Source of the DNA: Novosphingobium sp. UBA6722
GTDB lineage: Bacteria; Pseudomonadota; Alphaproteobacteria; Sphingomonadales; Sphingomonadaceae
Length of the DNA: 54,160 nucleotides
Reading direction: 5' to 3'
NCBI GenBank assembly: GCA_002454125.1
Contig: DKII01000092.1
Span: 1-54,160, forward strand
Each line of letters begins with the position of its first letter. Position 1 is the first letter of the stretch. This document shows positions 43,861 to 52,466 of the stretch, piece after piece. A program made the position numbers and the translations under genes. Below the pieces are notes generated by a model, which saw only the letters and a program-made list of their open reading frames with translations, was not told the DNA's origin and did not search any database.

Positions 43861-46230
43861 ATGATCGGCGCCGTTCCCGATCCGCTTGCCGCACCGATTT
43901 TCCCCGCCCGGACCACACCTGGGCTGCGGCTGTTGCTGAAGGGCGGCTTGCAGCCGCGCAGCCCGGTTGCCGCGGAGCCGAAGCCAGTGGCCCTGGTTCC
44001 GGTTCCAACCCCGCTTCCGGCCGGGACGCGGCTGGCGCTGATCGGCGGCTTCACCCCGCGCCGGTGCGGCATCGCGACCTTTACGGCCGATGTCTACCAC
44101 TCGCTGACAGCCGCCGCGCCCAACCTGGCGATCGATGTCTATGCAATGACCCCCGCGCCCGGCCACACCTGCTTTGCCGCTGAAGTCAGCGGTGAGATTA
44201 CCCAGGCGGACCCGGCCAGCTTTGCCGCGGCGGCGCAAGCGATCGAGGCCAGCAAGGCCAACGTGGTCTGGTTGCAGCATGAGTTTGGCCTGTTTGGCGG
44301 GCCAGCCGGCAACATGGTGCTGGAACTGCTCGACCGGATCAGCGCGCCGCTGCTGATCACCCTGCATACTGTCATTGCCGAGCCCGATTGGGCCCAGGCG
44401 CAGGTGATGGAGCGGCTGGTGGCGCGCGCTGCCAAGCTGATCGTGATGTCCGAACAATCGCGCACCGTGCTGGAAACGGTCTATCGTGCCGATCCGGACC
44501 AGATCGTCTGCATTCCCCACGGCGTGCCGGATCGACCGTTCGGTCGTTCAGAACAGTTCAAGGCCGCGATGGGTTTCAGCGGGCGTCAGCTGCTGCTGAC
44601 TTTCGGGTTGCTCTCCCCCGGCAAGGGGATCGAGGCGGTGATCCGGGCGCTGCCGGCGCTGGTCGCTGATCATCCGGAGCTGCTCTACTGGATCGCCGGA
44701 GCAACCCATCCCAACCTGATCGAGCGCGAAGGCGAGGCCTATCGCAACGGACTCAAGGCGCTGGCGCAGGAACTGGGCGTTGCCGATCATGTCCACTGGA
44801 TCGACGCCTTTCTCGAGACCGATGAACTGCTTGACCTGATCGAGGCGGCCGACATCTATGTCACGCCCTATCCCGGCGCAGCCCAATCGACTTCAGGCAC
44901 GCTGTCGTATGCGCTGGCACTGGGCAAGGCCGTGGTTTCAACACCTTATCTGCACGCGGCCGAATTGCTGGCCGACGGTCATGGCATGCTGGTCCCGTTC
45001 GGTGACAGCGCCGCCATTGCCGCAACGGTTGGAGCCTTGCTGGACAATCCGGACCGCCGCCAGGCCTTGCAGCGGCGCGCCTATATGCGCGGCCGGGCGA
45101 TGATCTGGCCGGCCACGGCCCGGCGCTGTCTCGATCTGATCGCCGCCAGTTGCCCGCCGGCCCGGACTGCGCCGATCGCAGAGCCGATCGGCCTGGGCGG
45201 CTTGCTGCGGATCTGTGATGCCACCGGCATCCTGCAGCACTCGATCCATTCGGTACCCGACCGGTCACATGGCTACTGCGTCGATGACAATGCCCGTGCG
45301 TTGATGCTGGCTAACCGGCTGGGGCCGGAATGCGAACCCCAGCGCAGCCTGCTCGCCACAACCTTTGCCGCCTTTATCCAGAGCGCCTGGAACGAGCCAG
45401 CCGGGGCCTTTCGCAACTTCATGGGCTATGGGCGCAACTGGCTGGAAGAGCAGGGCAGCGAAGACAGTTGCGGCCGGACGCTGTGGGCGCTGGGGGCTAC
45501 TGCCCGCGAAGGCCAGAGCGAGCCAATGCGGCGCTGGGCGCACAAGCTGTTCGAACAGGCCGCTCCTGCGGCGCTGGGCTATGGTTCGCCCCGGGCCAGC
45601 GCCTTCGCCATGCTGGGTGCCGACTACCTGCTCTGCGCTCAGCCCGGCAATCGCACCGCCCTCGCTGTGCAGAGCCGCGGCGCTGAGCATTTGCTCGGAC
45701 TGTTCCAGCAGGTGCGCACCGATGCCTGGCCGTGGTTCGAAAGCGTGCTGGCCTATGACAATTGCCGCCTCAGCGAAGCGATGATCCGCGCCGGTCTGCG
45801 GCTGGACCGCCCCGAGCTCACCCAATGCGGGCTCGACACGCTGGGCTGGATCATGGCCCGGCAGACCAGCCCGGCCGGGCATTTCCGGCCGATCGGCTCA
45901 GACAGTTTCGGCCGAGCGTTCGAATGGCCGCGCCCGTTCGATCAGCAACCGGTTGAGGTCTGGGCGGCCATCGATGCCTGCGCCGCCGCCTACGATGCCA
46001 CCGGCTCAGCCGAATGGCTCGATCTGGCCGGCATGGCCTACGGCTGGTTCGGCGGCGCCAACGATCGCGGTCTGGCGGTGGGCGATCCCATCAGCGGAAC
46101 CTGCCGCGACGGGATCAACCCACGCGGGCTGAACCTAAATGAAGGGGCGGAATCGGTGCTGGCCTATCAGCTTGCCACCCTGGCGCTGCGGGCCTTGTCG
46201 CAGGACGGGGCAACGGCTGTCCGTGGTTGA
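43861..46230 (+). CDS. GT4 glycosyltransferase fused to a C-terminal alpha/alpha-toroid (glycosidase-like) domain
   Basis: PRRCGIATF, LQHEFGLFGG, IPHG, TFGLLSPGKG, SGTLSYA; C-terminal GYCVDDNARAL, FRNF, FDQQP, N.GAES; exact start uncertain. Confidence 0.85.
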   Translation: MIGAVPDPLAAPIFPARTTPGLRLLLKGGLQPRSPVAAEPKPVALVPVPTPLPAGTRLALIGGFTPRRCGIATFTADVYHSLTAAAPNLAIDVYAMTPAPGHTCFAAEVSGEITQADPASFAAAAQAIEASKANVVWLQHEFGLFGGPAGNMVLELLDRISAPLLITLHTVIAEPDWAQAQVMERLVARAAKLIVMSEQSRTVLETVYRADPDQIVCIPHGVPDRPFGRSEQFKAAMGFSGRQLLLTFGLLSPGKGIEAVIRALPALVADHPELLYWIAGATHPNLIEREGEAYRNGLKALAQELGVADHVHWIDAFLETDELLDLIEAADIYVTPYPGAAQSTSGTLSYALALGKAVVSTPYLHAAELLADGHGMLVPFGDSAAIAATVGALLDNPDRRQALQRRAYMRGRAMIWPATARRCLDLIAASCPPARTAPIAEPIGLGGLLRICDATGILQHSIHSVPDRSHGYCVDDNARALMLANRLGPECEPQRSLLATTFAAFIQSAWNEPAGAFRNFMGYGRNWLEEQGSEDSCGRTLWALGATAREGQSEPMRRWAHKLFEQAAPAALGYGSPRASAFAMLGADYLLCAQPGNRTALAVQSRGAEHLLGLFQQVRTDAWPWFESVLAYDNCRLSEAMIRAGLRLDRPELTQCGLDTLGWIMARQTSPAGHFRPIGSDSFGRAFEWPRPFDQQPVEVWAAIDACAAAYDATGSAEWLDLAGMAYGWFGGANDRGLAVGDPISGTCRDGINPRGLNLNEGAESVLAYQLATLALRALSQDGATAVRG

Positions 46231-47509
46231 GCTGATCCACCACGAACTGCGGCTGTGCGCCGATCCCTCGCGCGTGGTCGTGCGCCCGTTCCATCTCGCC
46301 TGGCAGGCTTCCGGCCCCGATCTTGACCGGGTCCAACGGCTTGCCCAGGAAATCCTCGCGCTCGATGCCCGCACAGTGCGGGCCGAGCTAAGCGTTGTGA
46401 TGCATGACTTTGTCGGGCGTCACTGGCAGCTCGAGAAGGTCTTTGACGAGCGCTATGCCGAAATCGAGCCCAAGCTGGGTCTGCACGGCCAAGCGGTAAA
46501 GCGTGAGACGCGGCGCCTGATCGGGGCCTATTTCTGCCACGAATATTCCTATGCCGCAGCGGCGCTGATGAATCCCAGCGTGGTCCATCATCCCGATCAG
46601 TCGGGCCTGCCGGATGGCTCAGTGCGGATCATCCTGTCGCTGCGCGCGGTGGGTGAAGGGCATATCTCGACCATCGCCTTTCGCGAGGGGATCATTGCGC
46701 CGGGGCATAGCCTGACCCTGCTGCCCCAGCCCTCGTTCGCGACCGCCGCGATGCTGGGCAAGCACCGCTCGGACCAGCCGGTCGATACGCTCTCGCTCTA
46801 TCGGCACCGCGAGGCGACGCTGTCGGGCACGGTCATCTTCCCGATCACCGAGGCCCAGCGCAACGGGCTGGAAGATCTGCGGCTGGTCCAGTTCACCCGC
46901 GACAGCGGCAAAAGCGAGTGGATCGGTACCTATACCGCCTACAGCGGCTATGACATCGGCTCTGAACTGCTGCGCACCCGGGATTTTCGGGATTTCACGC
47001 TCACCCCGATCAAGGGCGAAGCGGCGCGAAACAAGGGCATGGCGTTGTTCCCGCGCAAGGTTGATGGCAAGTACCTGATGATCGGGCGGCAGGATGGCAA
47101 AAACCTCTACCTGCTGCGCTCCGACACGCTCGACTGCTGGGACGGCGGCGGGGAGCTGCTGCTGGAACCCAAGTACCCCTGGGAACTGGTCCAGATTGGC
47201 AATTGCGGCGCCCCGATCGAGCTGGACGAAGGCTGGCTGGTGCTGACCCACGGTGTTGGCGCAATGCGCAAGTATGCCATCGGCGCCGCCCTGCTCGACA
47301 AGGCTGATCCCAGCCGCGTGATTGGCCGCACGCCCAACCCGATCCTGTCGGCCGCCGACGAAGACCGCGAGGGCTATGTGCCCAACGTGGTCTATACCTG
47401 CGGGGCGATCCAGGTCGGAGATGACCTGTTCCTGCCCTATGGCGTTGCCGACAGCTCGGTCTGCTTTGCCTTCGTGGCAATCAGCGACATCCTCGCGGCA
47501 ATGGTCTGA
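46223..47509 (+). CDS. GH130-family glycosidase/phosphorylase
   Basis: NPSVV, SLRAVGEGH, GLEDLR, YTAY, NKGMALFP, HGVG.MRKY, GYVPNVVY.CG; GTG start overlapping the GT stop region. Confidence 0.85.
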   Translation: MVELIHHELRLCADPSRVVVRPFHLAWQASGPDLDRVQRLAQEILALDARTVRAELSVVMHDFVGRHWQLEKVFDERYAEIEPKLGLHGQAVKRETRRLIGAYFCHEYSYAAAALMNPSVVHHPDQSGLPDGSVRIILSLRAVGEGHISTIAFREGIIAPGHSLTLLPQPSFATAAMLGKHRSDQPVDTLSLYRHREATLSGTVIFPITEAQRNGLEDLRLVQFTRDSGKSEWIGTYTAYSGYDIGSELLRTRDFRDFTLTPIKGEAARNKGMALFPRKVDGKYLMIGRQDGKNLYLLRSDTLDCWDGGGELLLEPKYPWELVQIGNCGAPIELDEGWLVLTHGVGAMRKYAIGAALLDKADPSRVIGRTPNPILSAADEDREGYVPNVVYTCGAIQVGDDLFLPYGVADSSVCFAFVAISDILAAMV

Positions 47510-47525
47510 CGTCGCAGCCTGCAAG

Positions 47526-47550
47526 GCAACAAATGCCGTGCTGGATCGTT
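47526..47550 (+). promoter_or_regulatory. sigma-EcfG promoter
   Basis: GCAAC-N16-CGTT upstream of the SOD gene. Confidence 0.7.
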
Positions 47551-47586
47551 CAACGCGCGATCCAGCCGAGATCGAAGGAACTCCAG

Positions 47587-48207
47587 ATGACCTATGCCCT
47601 GCTGCCGCTGCCCTATGCGGTCGATGCGCTGGCCCCGCAGATGTCAGCCGAAACGCTGGAATTTCATCATGGCAAGCACCACCAGGGCTATATCGACAAG
47701 GTCAACGAGCTCGCCGCGCAAACCAGCATGGGCGGCCGCGGTCTTGTCGAACTGATCGGCACGGCTGGCCCGGGGGCCTTGTTCAACAATGCCTGCCAGG
47801 TCTGGAACCACAATTTCTTCTGGCTTTGCCTGTCCCCCACCACGGCCCCGCCGGGCGGGGAGCTGGCGGAGCTGATCGCCGCCGGGTTCGGATCGGTCGA
47901 AGCGCTGCTCAAGCAGTTTTCGGACCAGGCAGTGGCGCACTTTGGCAGCGGCTGGGCCTGGCTGGTGCTGGAGCAGGGCGCGATCAAGGTCACAACCTAC
48001 CATGATGGCGATACCCCGGCGGCCCATCCTGGCGTGATCCCGCTCTTCACGCTCGATCTGTGGGAGCACGCCTATTACATCGATTACCGCAATGCGCGCC
48101 CGCGCTATGTCGATGCCGTGCTCGGTGCCCATGTGAACTGGGATTTCGTCGCCCAGAACCTGGACGGCCAAGGGGTTGCGCGCGCCGATCAGGATTGGAT
48201 GCCATAA
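47587..48207 (+). CDS. sodB: Fe-type superoxide dismutase
   Basis: HHGKHH, FNNACQVWNH, FGSGWAWL, DLWEHAYY. Confidence 0.92.
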   Translation: MTYALLPLPYAVDALAPQMSAETLEFHHGKHHQGYIDKVNELAAQTSMGGRGLVELIGTAGPGALFNNACQVWNHNFFWLCLSPTTAPPGGELAELIAAGFGSVEALLKQFSDQAVAHFGSGWAWLVLEQGAIKVTTYHDGDTPAAHPGVIPLFTLDLWEHAYYIDYRNARPRYVDAVLGAHVNWDFVAQNLDGQGVARADQDWMP

Positions 48208-48267
48208 GCGAGGGCCAGTCAGCCCATAGCCGATCGTCCCTTTAATCGGATCGGAGCCGGTTCAACC

Positions 48268-48292
48268 GGAACTAAAGCTGCTCGCTGCGGTT
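48268..48292 (+). promoter_or_regulatory. sigma-EcfG promoter
   Basis: GGAAC-N16-GGTT 31 nt upstream of the autotransporter start. Confidence 0.75.
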
Positions 48293-48323
48293 TGGATCAG
48301 TAAGCGATCCAAGGGAAAATTCC

Positions 48324-50456
48324 ATGACAATGAATGTATCGATCAATCCGGTTTCCGGATATGCCTCTGCGCGCGCGAAGTATCTGTTCGGCTGCGCAGC
48401 CGTAGCTCTGTCTGCCGCGGCCATGGCCGCTCCGGCCTATGCCGCGGACGAATGCGGCCCGGTCGTTGCCGGGATCGCAACCTGCGTTGCGGCGGGCAAT
48501 CCATACCCGGCCGGCATCACCTATGTTGCAGCCGCGCCTGTTACCCTTGTCGCACCGGACGGCATTGTCGTCACCACGGCCGCAGCGGCCACGAACGGCA
48601 TCACCATTTCAGGAACCAACGCAATCACGCTGGGCGGCGCGGCCACGGTGTCTGTGACTGGCGCTGGCAGCAATGGCGTGCGGCTGACCAGCACGGGTGG
48701 CCCGGTTATCGCATCGCTCGGTTCGGTCAGCGCGGCTTTGGGCGACGGCGTGATCCTGAGCGGAACAACCGCCAGCCTGACCACCGCCAGCGGCAGCATG
48801 CTGTTCGGCGGCAACCGCGGCGCGGTGCTCACCTCGGCAAGTGGCAGCAGCCTGAACAACGCTGGGACGATCAGCGGCGGAAGCTATGCCGTCCAGACCA
48901 GTGGCGGTCCGGCCACGATCACCAACACCGGCACAATCACTGGCGCAGTCGCCCTGGCGGGCGGCGGTTCGCTGCTCACCAATGCGGGTACCTTCAATGC
49001 CGCCGGGACCAGCAGCTTCGGCGCCGGTGACCGTTTCGCCAACACTGGCCTGGTCACGGTTGGTGCCACCAGCCTGACGCCGACGGCGGCAACCTTTGCC
49101 GGGCTCGCGACTTTCGACAACTCCGGCACAATCAGCCTGCAGAATGGCCATGCCGGCGACACGCTGACGCTGGGCGGCAACTACATCGGCAGCGGCAATG
49201 CCCGGCTGGCGCTGGATGCCGCACCGGGCGCGCTGCTCAATGCCGACCGACTGATCGTTGCCGGCAGCGCGACCGGGTTCACTGCCGTTGACCTGGCCCT
49301 GCCGGCTGGCAGCCAGCCGCTGTTCAACACCGGCAGCGTGCTCGTCCAGACCGGGGCCGGCTCTTCGGCCAATGCCTTTGGCGTGACGGCGGCAACTGCC
49401 ACTGCCGGCCTGGTCCGTTACGACATCGCCTACAACCCAGTTGCTGCCACCTACAGCCTGGTCGCGGGGCCCAGCGATGCCGCCTACAACATGCTGAGCT
49501 TCGGCACCGCACAGCGCAGCCTGTGGAACAAGTCGGCAGACGCGGTTACCGCGCAGCTGCAATCGCGCCGCGATGCCTTGTGGTCGCTGGGTGATGGCGC
49601 GCCGGCCGGCAAGCTCTGGCTGACCATGGGCGGTTCGGTCGACAAGGTTGAGGGCACGCGCGATTTCGGCCTGGCTGGCCAGCCGCACCTGACCAACACC
49701 GGCTACCAGCAGGACTATTTCGGCGGGCAGGTCGGGCTGGGTCTTAGCGGCGGGGTCAGCACCCGCGGCGGTTTCGCGGTCGGGCTGACCGGCGGTTACA
49801 TCAATTCGCGGGCCAAGTTCGGCGGCACTGCCGAACGGATCAACTTCGATGCGATCAACGGCGGCGTCTATGCCAGCTTCACCTCGGGCAACCTGTTCAT
49901 CAACGCCTTGGGCAAGTATGACTACTACTGGGCCCGGGCGACCAGCCTGGCTGGCGGGTACGAGGTGAAAACCAAGGGCAGCGCCTATGGTGCCCGCGGC
50001 GAAATCGGCCTGCGCTTTGGCAGCGATTCATTCTTCATGGAGCCGCTGGCGCAGCTCTCCTACGTCCACACCTCGCTCGACCCGTTCGGGGTGCAGGGTA
50101 CTTCGGTCAACTTCGACGGCCGCAGCGGCCTGCGCGGCAAGGCCGGTGCCCGGTTTGGCGGGGTGACGAGTATCGGTAGCGATGCCAAGCTGTCGTTCTA
50201 TGCAGGGGCCAGCTATGTCCATGGGTTCAAGGACGAAGGCCAGGTAACCTTTGCCAACGGCGGCGGCACTTTCACCGCGATGCGGGGGAGAATGCCCGAC
50301 TATGGCGAAGCCGTGGCCGGCTTCACCATCGCTCAGAACCAGTCGGTCAGCGGCTTCATGGAAGCTAACTACACCCGCACCTTCAAGACGGGCACTGGCG
50401 ACAGCGCGAAACTGCAAGGCGCGGGCGGCCGCGTCGGGATCAACTTCAAATTCTAA
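48324..50456 (+). CDS. Autotransporter (beta-helical passenger + C-terminal barrel)
   Basis: Signal peptide; G/A/T/N-rich passenger (NNAGTISG, TNTGTITG, DTLTL.GNY.G, ADRL.V.G); barrel ending GINFKF. Confidence 0.88.
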   Translation: MTMNVSINPVSGYASARAKYLFGCAAVALSAAAMAAPAYAADECGPVVAGIATCVAAGNPYPAGITYVAAAPVTLVAPDGIVVTTAAAATNGITISGTNAITLGGAATVSVTGAGSNGVRLTSTGGPVIASLGSVSAALGDGVILSGTTASLTTASGSMLFGGNRGAVLTSASGSSLNNAGTISGGSYAVQTSGGPATITNTGTITGAVALAGGGSLLTNAGTFNAAGTSSFGAGDRFANTGLVTVGATSLTPTAATFAGLATFDNSGTISLQNGHAGDTLTLGGNYIGSGNARLALDAAPGALLNADRLIVAGSATGFTAVDLALPAGSQPLFNTGSVLVQTGAGSSANAFGVTAATATAGLVRYDIAYNPVAATYSLVAGPSDAAYNMLSFGTAQRSLWNKSADAVTAQLQSRRDALWSLGDGAPAGKLWLTMGGSVDKVEGTRDFGLAGQPHLTNTGYQQDYFGGQVGLGLSGGVSTRGGFAVGLTGGYINSRAKFGGTAERINFDAINGGVYASFTSGNLFINALGKYDYYWARATSLAGGYEVKTKGSAYGARGEIGLRFGSDSFFMEPLAQLSYVHTSLDPFGVQGTSVNFDGRSGLRGKAGARFGGVTSIGSDAKLSFYAGASYVHGFKDEGQVTFANGGGTFTAMRGRMPDYGEAVAGFTIAQNQSVSGFMEANYTRTFKTGTGDSAKLQGAGGRVGINFKF

Positions 50457-50463
50457 CTTAGAG

Positions 50464-50491
50464 TCCGGAGCGCTGCCTGCAGCGCTCCGGA
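50464..50491. terminator. Strong hairpin after the autotransporter
   Basis: Perfect TCCGGAGCGCTGC-ct-GCAGCGCTCCGGA; no clear U tract. Confidence 0.55.
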
Positions 50492-50798
50492 TGTGGCGGA
50501 AACGCCGGGCTGGTCTGGCCGGTTTTCGCCAACAGCCAGATGCCGTGATGCCGTCGCCGTCCGGACCATCAAAGGTCGCGGACCGATCAAGGGCGGGTCT
50601 GGAAGTGCCTCTCAATCAGGGCCAGGCACCCGGAATTTCGGGCAGATGATGGCGGTGCTGCCTGTCAAACGCCAACTCGTCTCTACCTAGCAGGGTTCAT
50701 GCCCTTTAGACTTCGGATTGAAGGCGCCCTGCTGCGCTGGAAACCCCGGCCCGGCTGTTACCGTGGCCGGGATCCCGCGACCCTGGCGGGCAGTTAAG

Positions 50799-51173
50799 CT
50801 AACTGTGACCCGGTTCGTCTTCGCCGCCTCGACCACGACCCTGCCCCTGGCCCCGGCCCTTGCCGCCGACGTCCTCAGCAGTATCATCGCCGCCGCGCCC
50901 GCGCCCCTGGCCTTGGCCGCGGCCCCGGCCACCATCTTCCACGGCAACTTCATCGCCGCCGCGATTGCGGCGGAAATGGTCGGACTTGTCATCAGCGCCG
51001 CGTGCCTGGCGGATATGGCCCGGCGGATCATCGCAGCCGCGACACTGGCGAACGTGATCGGCCCGATCACTGGCCTTGTCGTCTGCCCCGTTGCGCGCGG
51101 CGGCCGACGCAGTGAAGGCGGCAAGGCCCGCCAGTGCAGCCAGCGCCAAGGCGGAATGCTTGGTCTTGATCAT
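50799..51173 (-). CDS. Small secreted low-complexity protein with RG(A/C/G)DD / GRGRG repeats
   Basis: GGGAG RBS; signal peptide MIKTKHSALALAALAGLAAFTASAAA; NGADD, RGCDD, RGADD, RGGDE, RGGDD, RGGED. Confidence 0.75.
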   Translation of the reverse strand: MIKTKHSALALAALAGLAAFTASAAARNGADDKASDRADHVRQCRGCDDPPGHIRQARGADDKSDHFRRNRGGDEVAVEDGGRGRGQGQGRGRGGDDTAEDVGGKGRGQGQGRGRGGEDEPGHS

Positions 51174-51223
51174 GGGTATTCTCCCGGTTCTGCACGCCGC
51201 GTGGTGGGGGCGCGTATGGCCAG

Positions 51224-51301
51224 AACGCGGAACGGCGGCGCTTATTCCCACCCCTCGCAATTTTTTTGGCCGAGCGGGAATAGCCTGACATTTTTGACGT
51301 T
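51224..51301. promoter_or_regulatory. Divergent ECF-type promoters GGAATA-N15-CGTT
   Basis: Minus 51248-51224 and plus 51277-51301, identical boxes and spacing. Confidence 0.7.
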
Positions 51302-51373
51302 ATCGCAGGGTCGGCATTGCGCACCGCGCGGTCCGGGCTATTCCTAATCCCGCTAGTCCATGGAGGGGGACCC

Positions 51374-52381
51374 ATGAAATTTCATCGTAAATCCAGTCTG
51401 CTGGCCTGTGCCAGCATGATCCTGCTGCCCAGCGCCGCATTTGCCGACGAGGGCACGACGGATGAGGAACCGGGCGTCTGGCGACTGGGCGCAGGGGTCA
51501 ATTATTCCGAAGGTGATTACGGTGATCCGCAGAAGACCACGGTGGTCTCCGCGCCGGTTTCGCTGCGCTACCGCAAGGGCGGCTTCAACTTCCGCGTGTC
51601 GGTGCCGTTCGTCAGCATCGATGGCCCGGGCAGCCTGCTCGATACGCCGCAAGGCCGCGACGCCGGGTTCGGCGACAGTGGCGGCGATAGCGGCGGCGAC
51701 GATAACGGCGGGGATAGCTCGGGCAGCAATTCCGGCTCGGGCTCGTCGGGCTCGAACTCTGGGTCGGGATCGAGCGGATCGAACTCCGGTTCAGGTTCAT
51801 CCGGATCGGGTTCGTCTGGCTCGGGCGGCGGTTCGGACGACGGCGGCTCCACTTCAACGGGCGGCGATGTCGTGCCGGTTGCCGGCGCAGCCCCCAGCCG
51901 CCGCAGCGGGATCGGCGATGTCTCGATCAGCCTGGGCTATTCGGTCCCGCTCGGTTCGGCGACCTGGTTCGACGTGACCGGCCGCGTCAAGTTGCCCACG
52001 GCGTCCACCGCCAAGCGGCTTGGCACCGGCAAGGTCGATTTCACCGTCGGCGGGGACCTGGTGCAGGATATTGGCGACCTCAGCCTCTATGCCGGCGGAC
52101 GCTATCGCTTCCTTGGCAAGCCGGCCGGCAGCACCCTGCGCAACACCTGGGGGGCAGGCGCGGGTGCAAGCTATCGCCTGCCCGGCGGGACCTATGTCGG
52201 CGCGGACTATGGCTGGCAGGAATCGGCCGCACCGGGCCGCGGCCCCAGCAGCGAGGTGACCGGCTGGATCAACTTCGGGGTCAGCAAGCGGCTGCGGATG
52301 CAGGTCTTCGCTTCGACCGGGTTCAACGCCAACAGCGCCGATTTCGCCGGCGGTCTTTCGCTCAGCTACCGGTTGAACTGA
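51374..52381 (+). CDS. Exported, probably outer-membrane beta-barrel protein with Ser/Gly-rich loop
   Basis: GGAGG RBS; signal peptide; alternating beta strands, SGIGD, VKLPTA...LGTG.D, C-terminal GLSLSYRLN; (SSGSNSGSG)x3 insert. Confidence 0.7.
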   Translation: MKFHRKSSLLACASMILLPSAAFADEGTTDEEPGVWRLGAGVNYSEGDYGDPQKTTVVSAPVSLRYRKGGFNFRVSVPFVSIDGPGSLLDTPQGRDAGFGDSGGDSGGDDNGGDSSGSNSGSGSSGSNSGSGSSGSNSGSGSSGSGSSGSGGGSDDGGSTSTGGDVVPVAGAAPSRRSGIGDVSISLGYSVPLGSATWFDVTGRVKLPTASTAKRLGTGKVDFTVGGDLVQDIGDLSLYAGGRYRFLGKPAGSTLRNTWGAGAGASYRLPGGTYVGADYGWQESAAPGRGPSSEVTGWINFGVSKRLRMQVFASTGFNANSADFAGGLSLSYRLN

Positions 52382-52409
52382 GCCGCCGGAAAATTTTTGT
52401 GCGGCCGCT

Positions 52410-52434
52410 GGAATAAGCCGAACCGGACATCGTT
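52410..52434 (+). promoter_or_regulatory. ECF-type promoter GGAATA-N15-CGTT
   Basis: Third copy, upstream of the DUF1611-like gene. Confidence 0.7.
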
Positions 52435-52466
52435 CTCTCCCTGAAACAGGAGGTGGGAGAAGAACG

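Noticed and set aside
50718-51347. 209-aa hydrophobic plus-strand ORF
   Set aside because: Antisense of the RGxDD-repeat gene, which has the RBS, signal peptide and promoter; the hydrophobicity is a mirror-frame artefact
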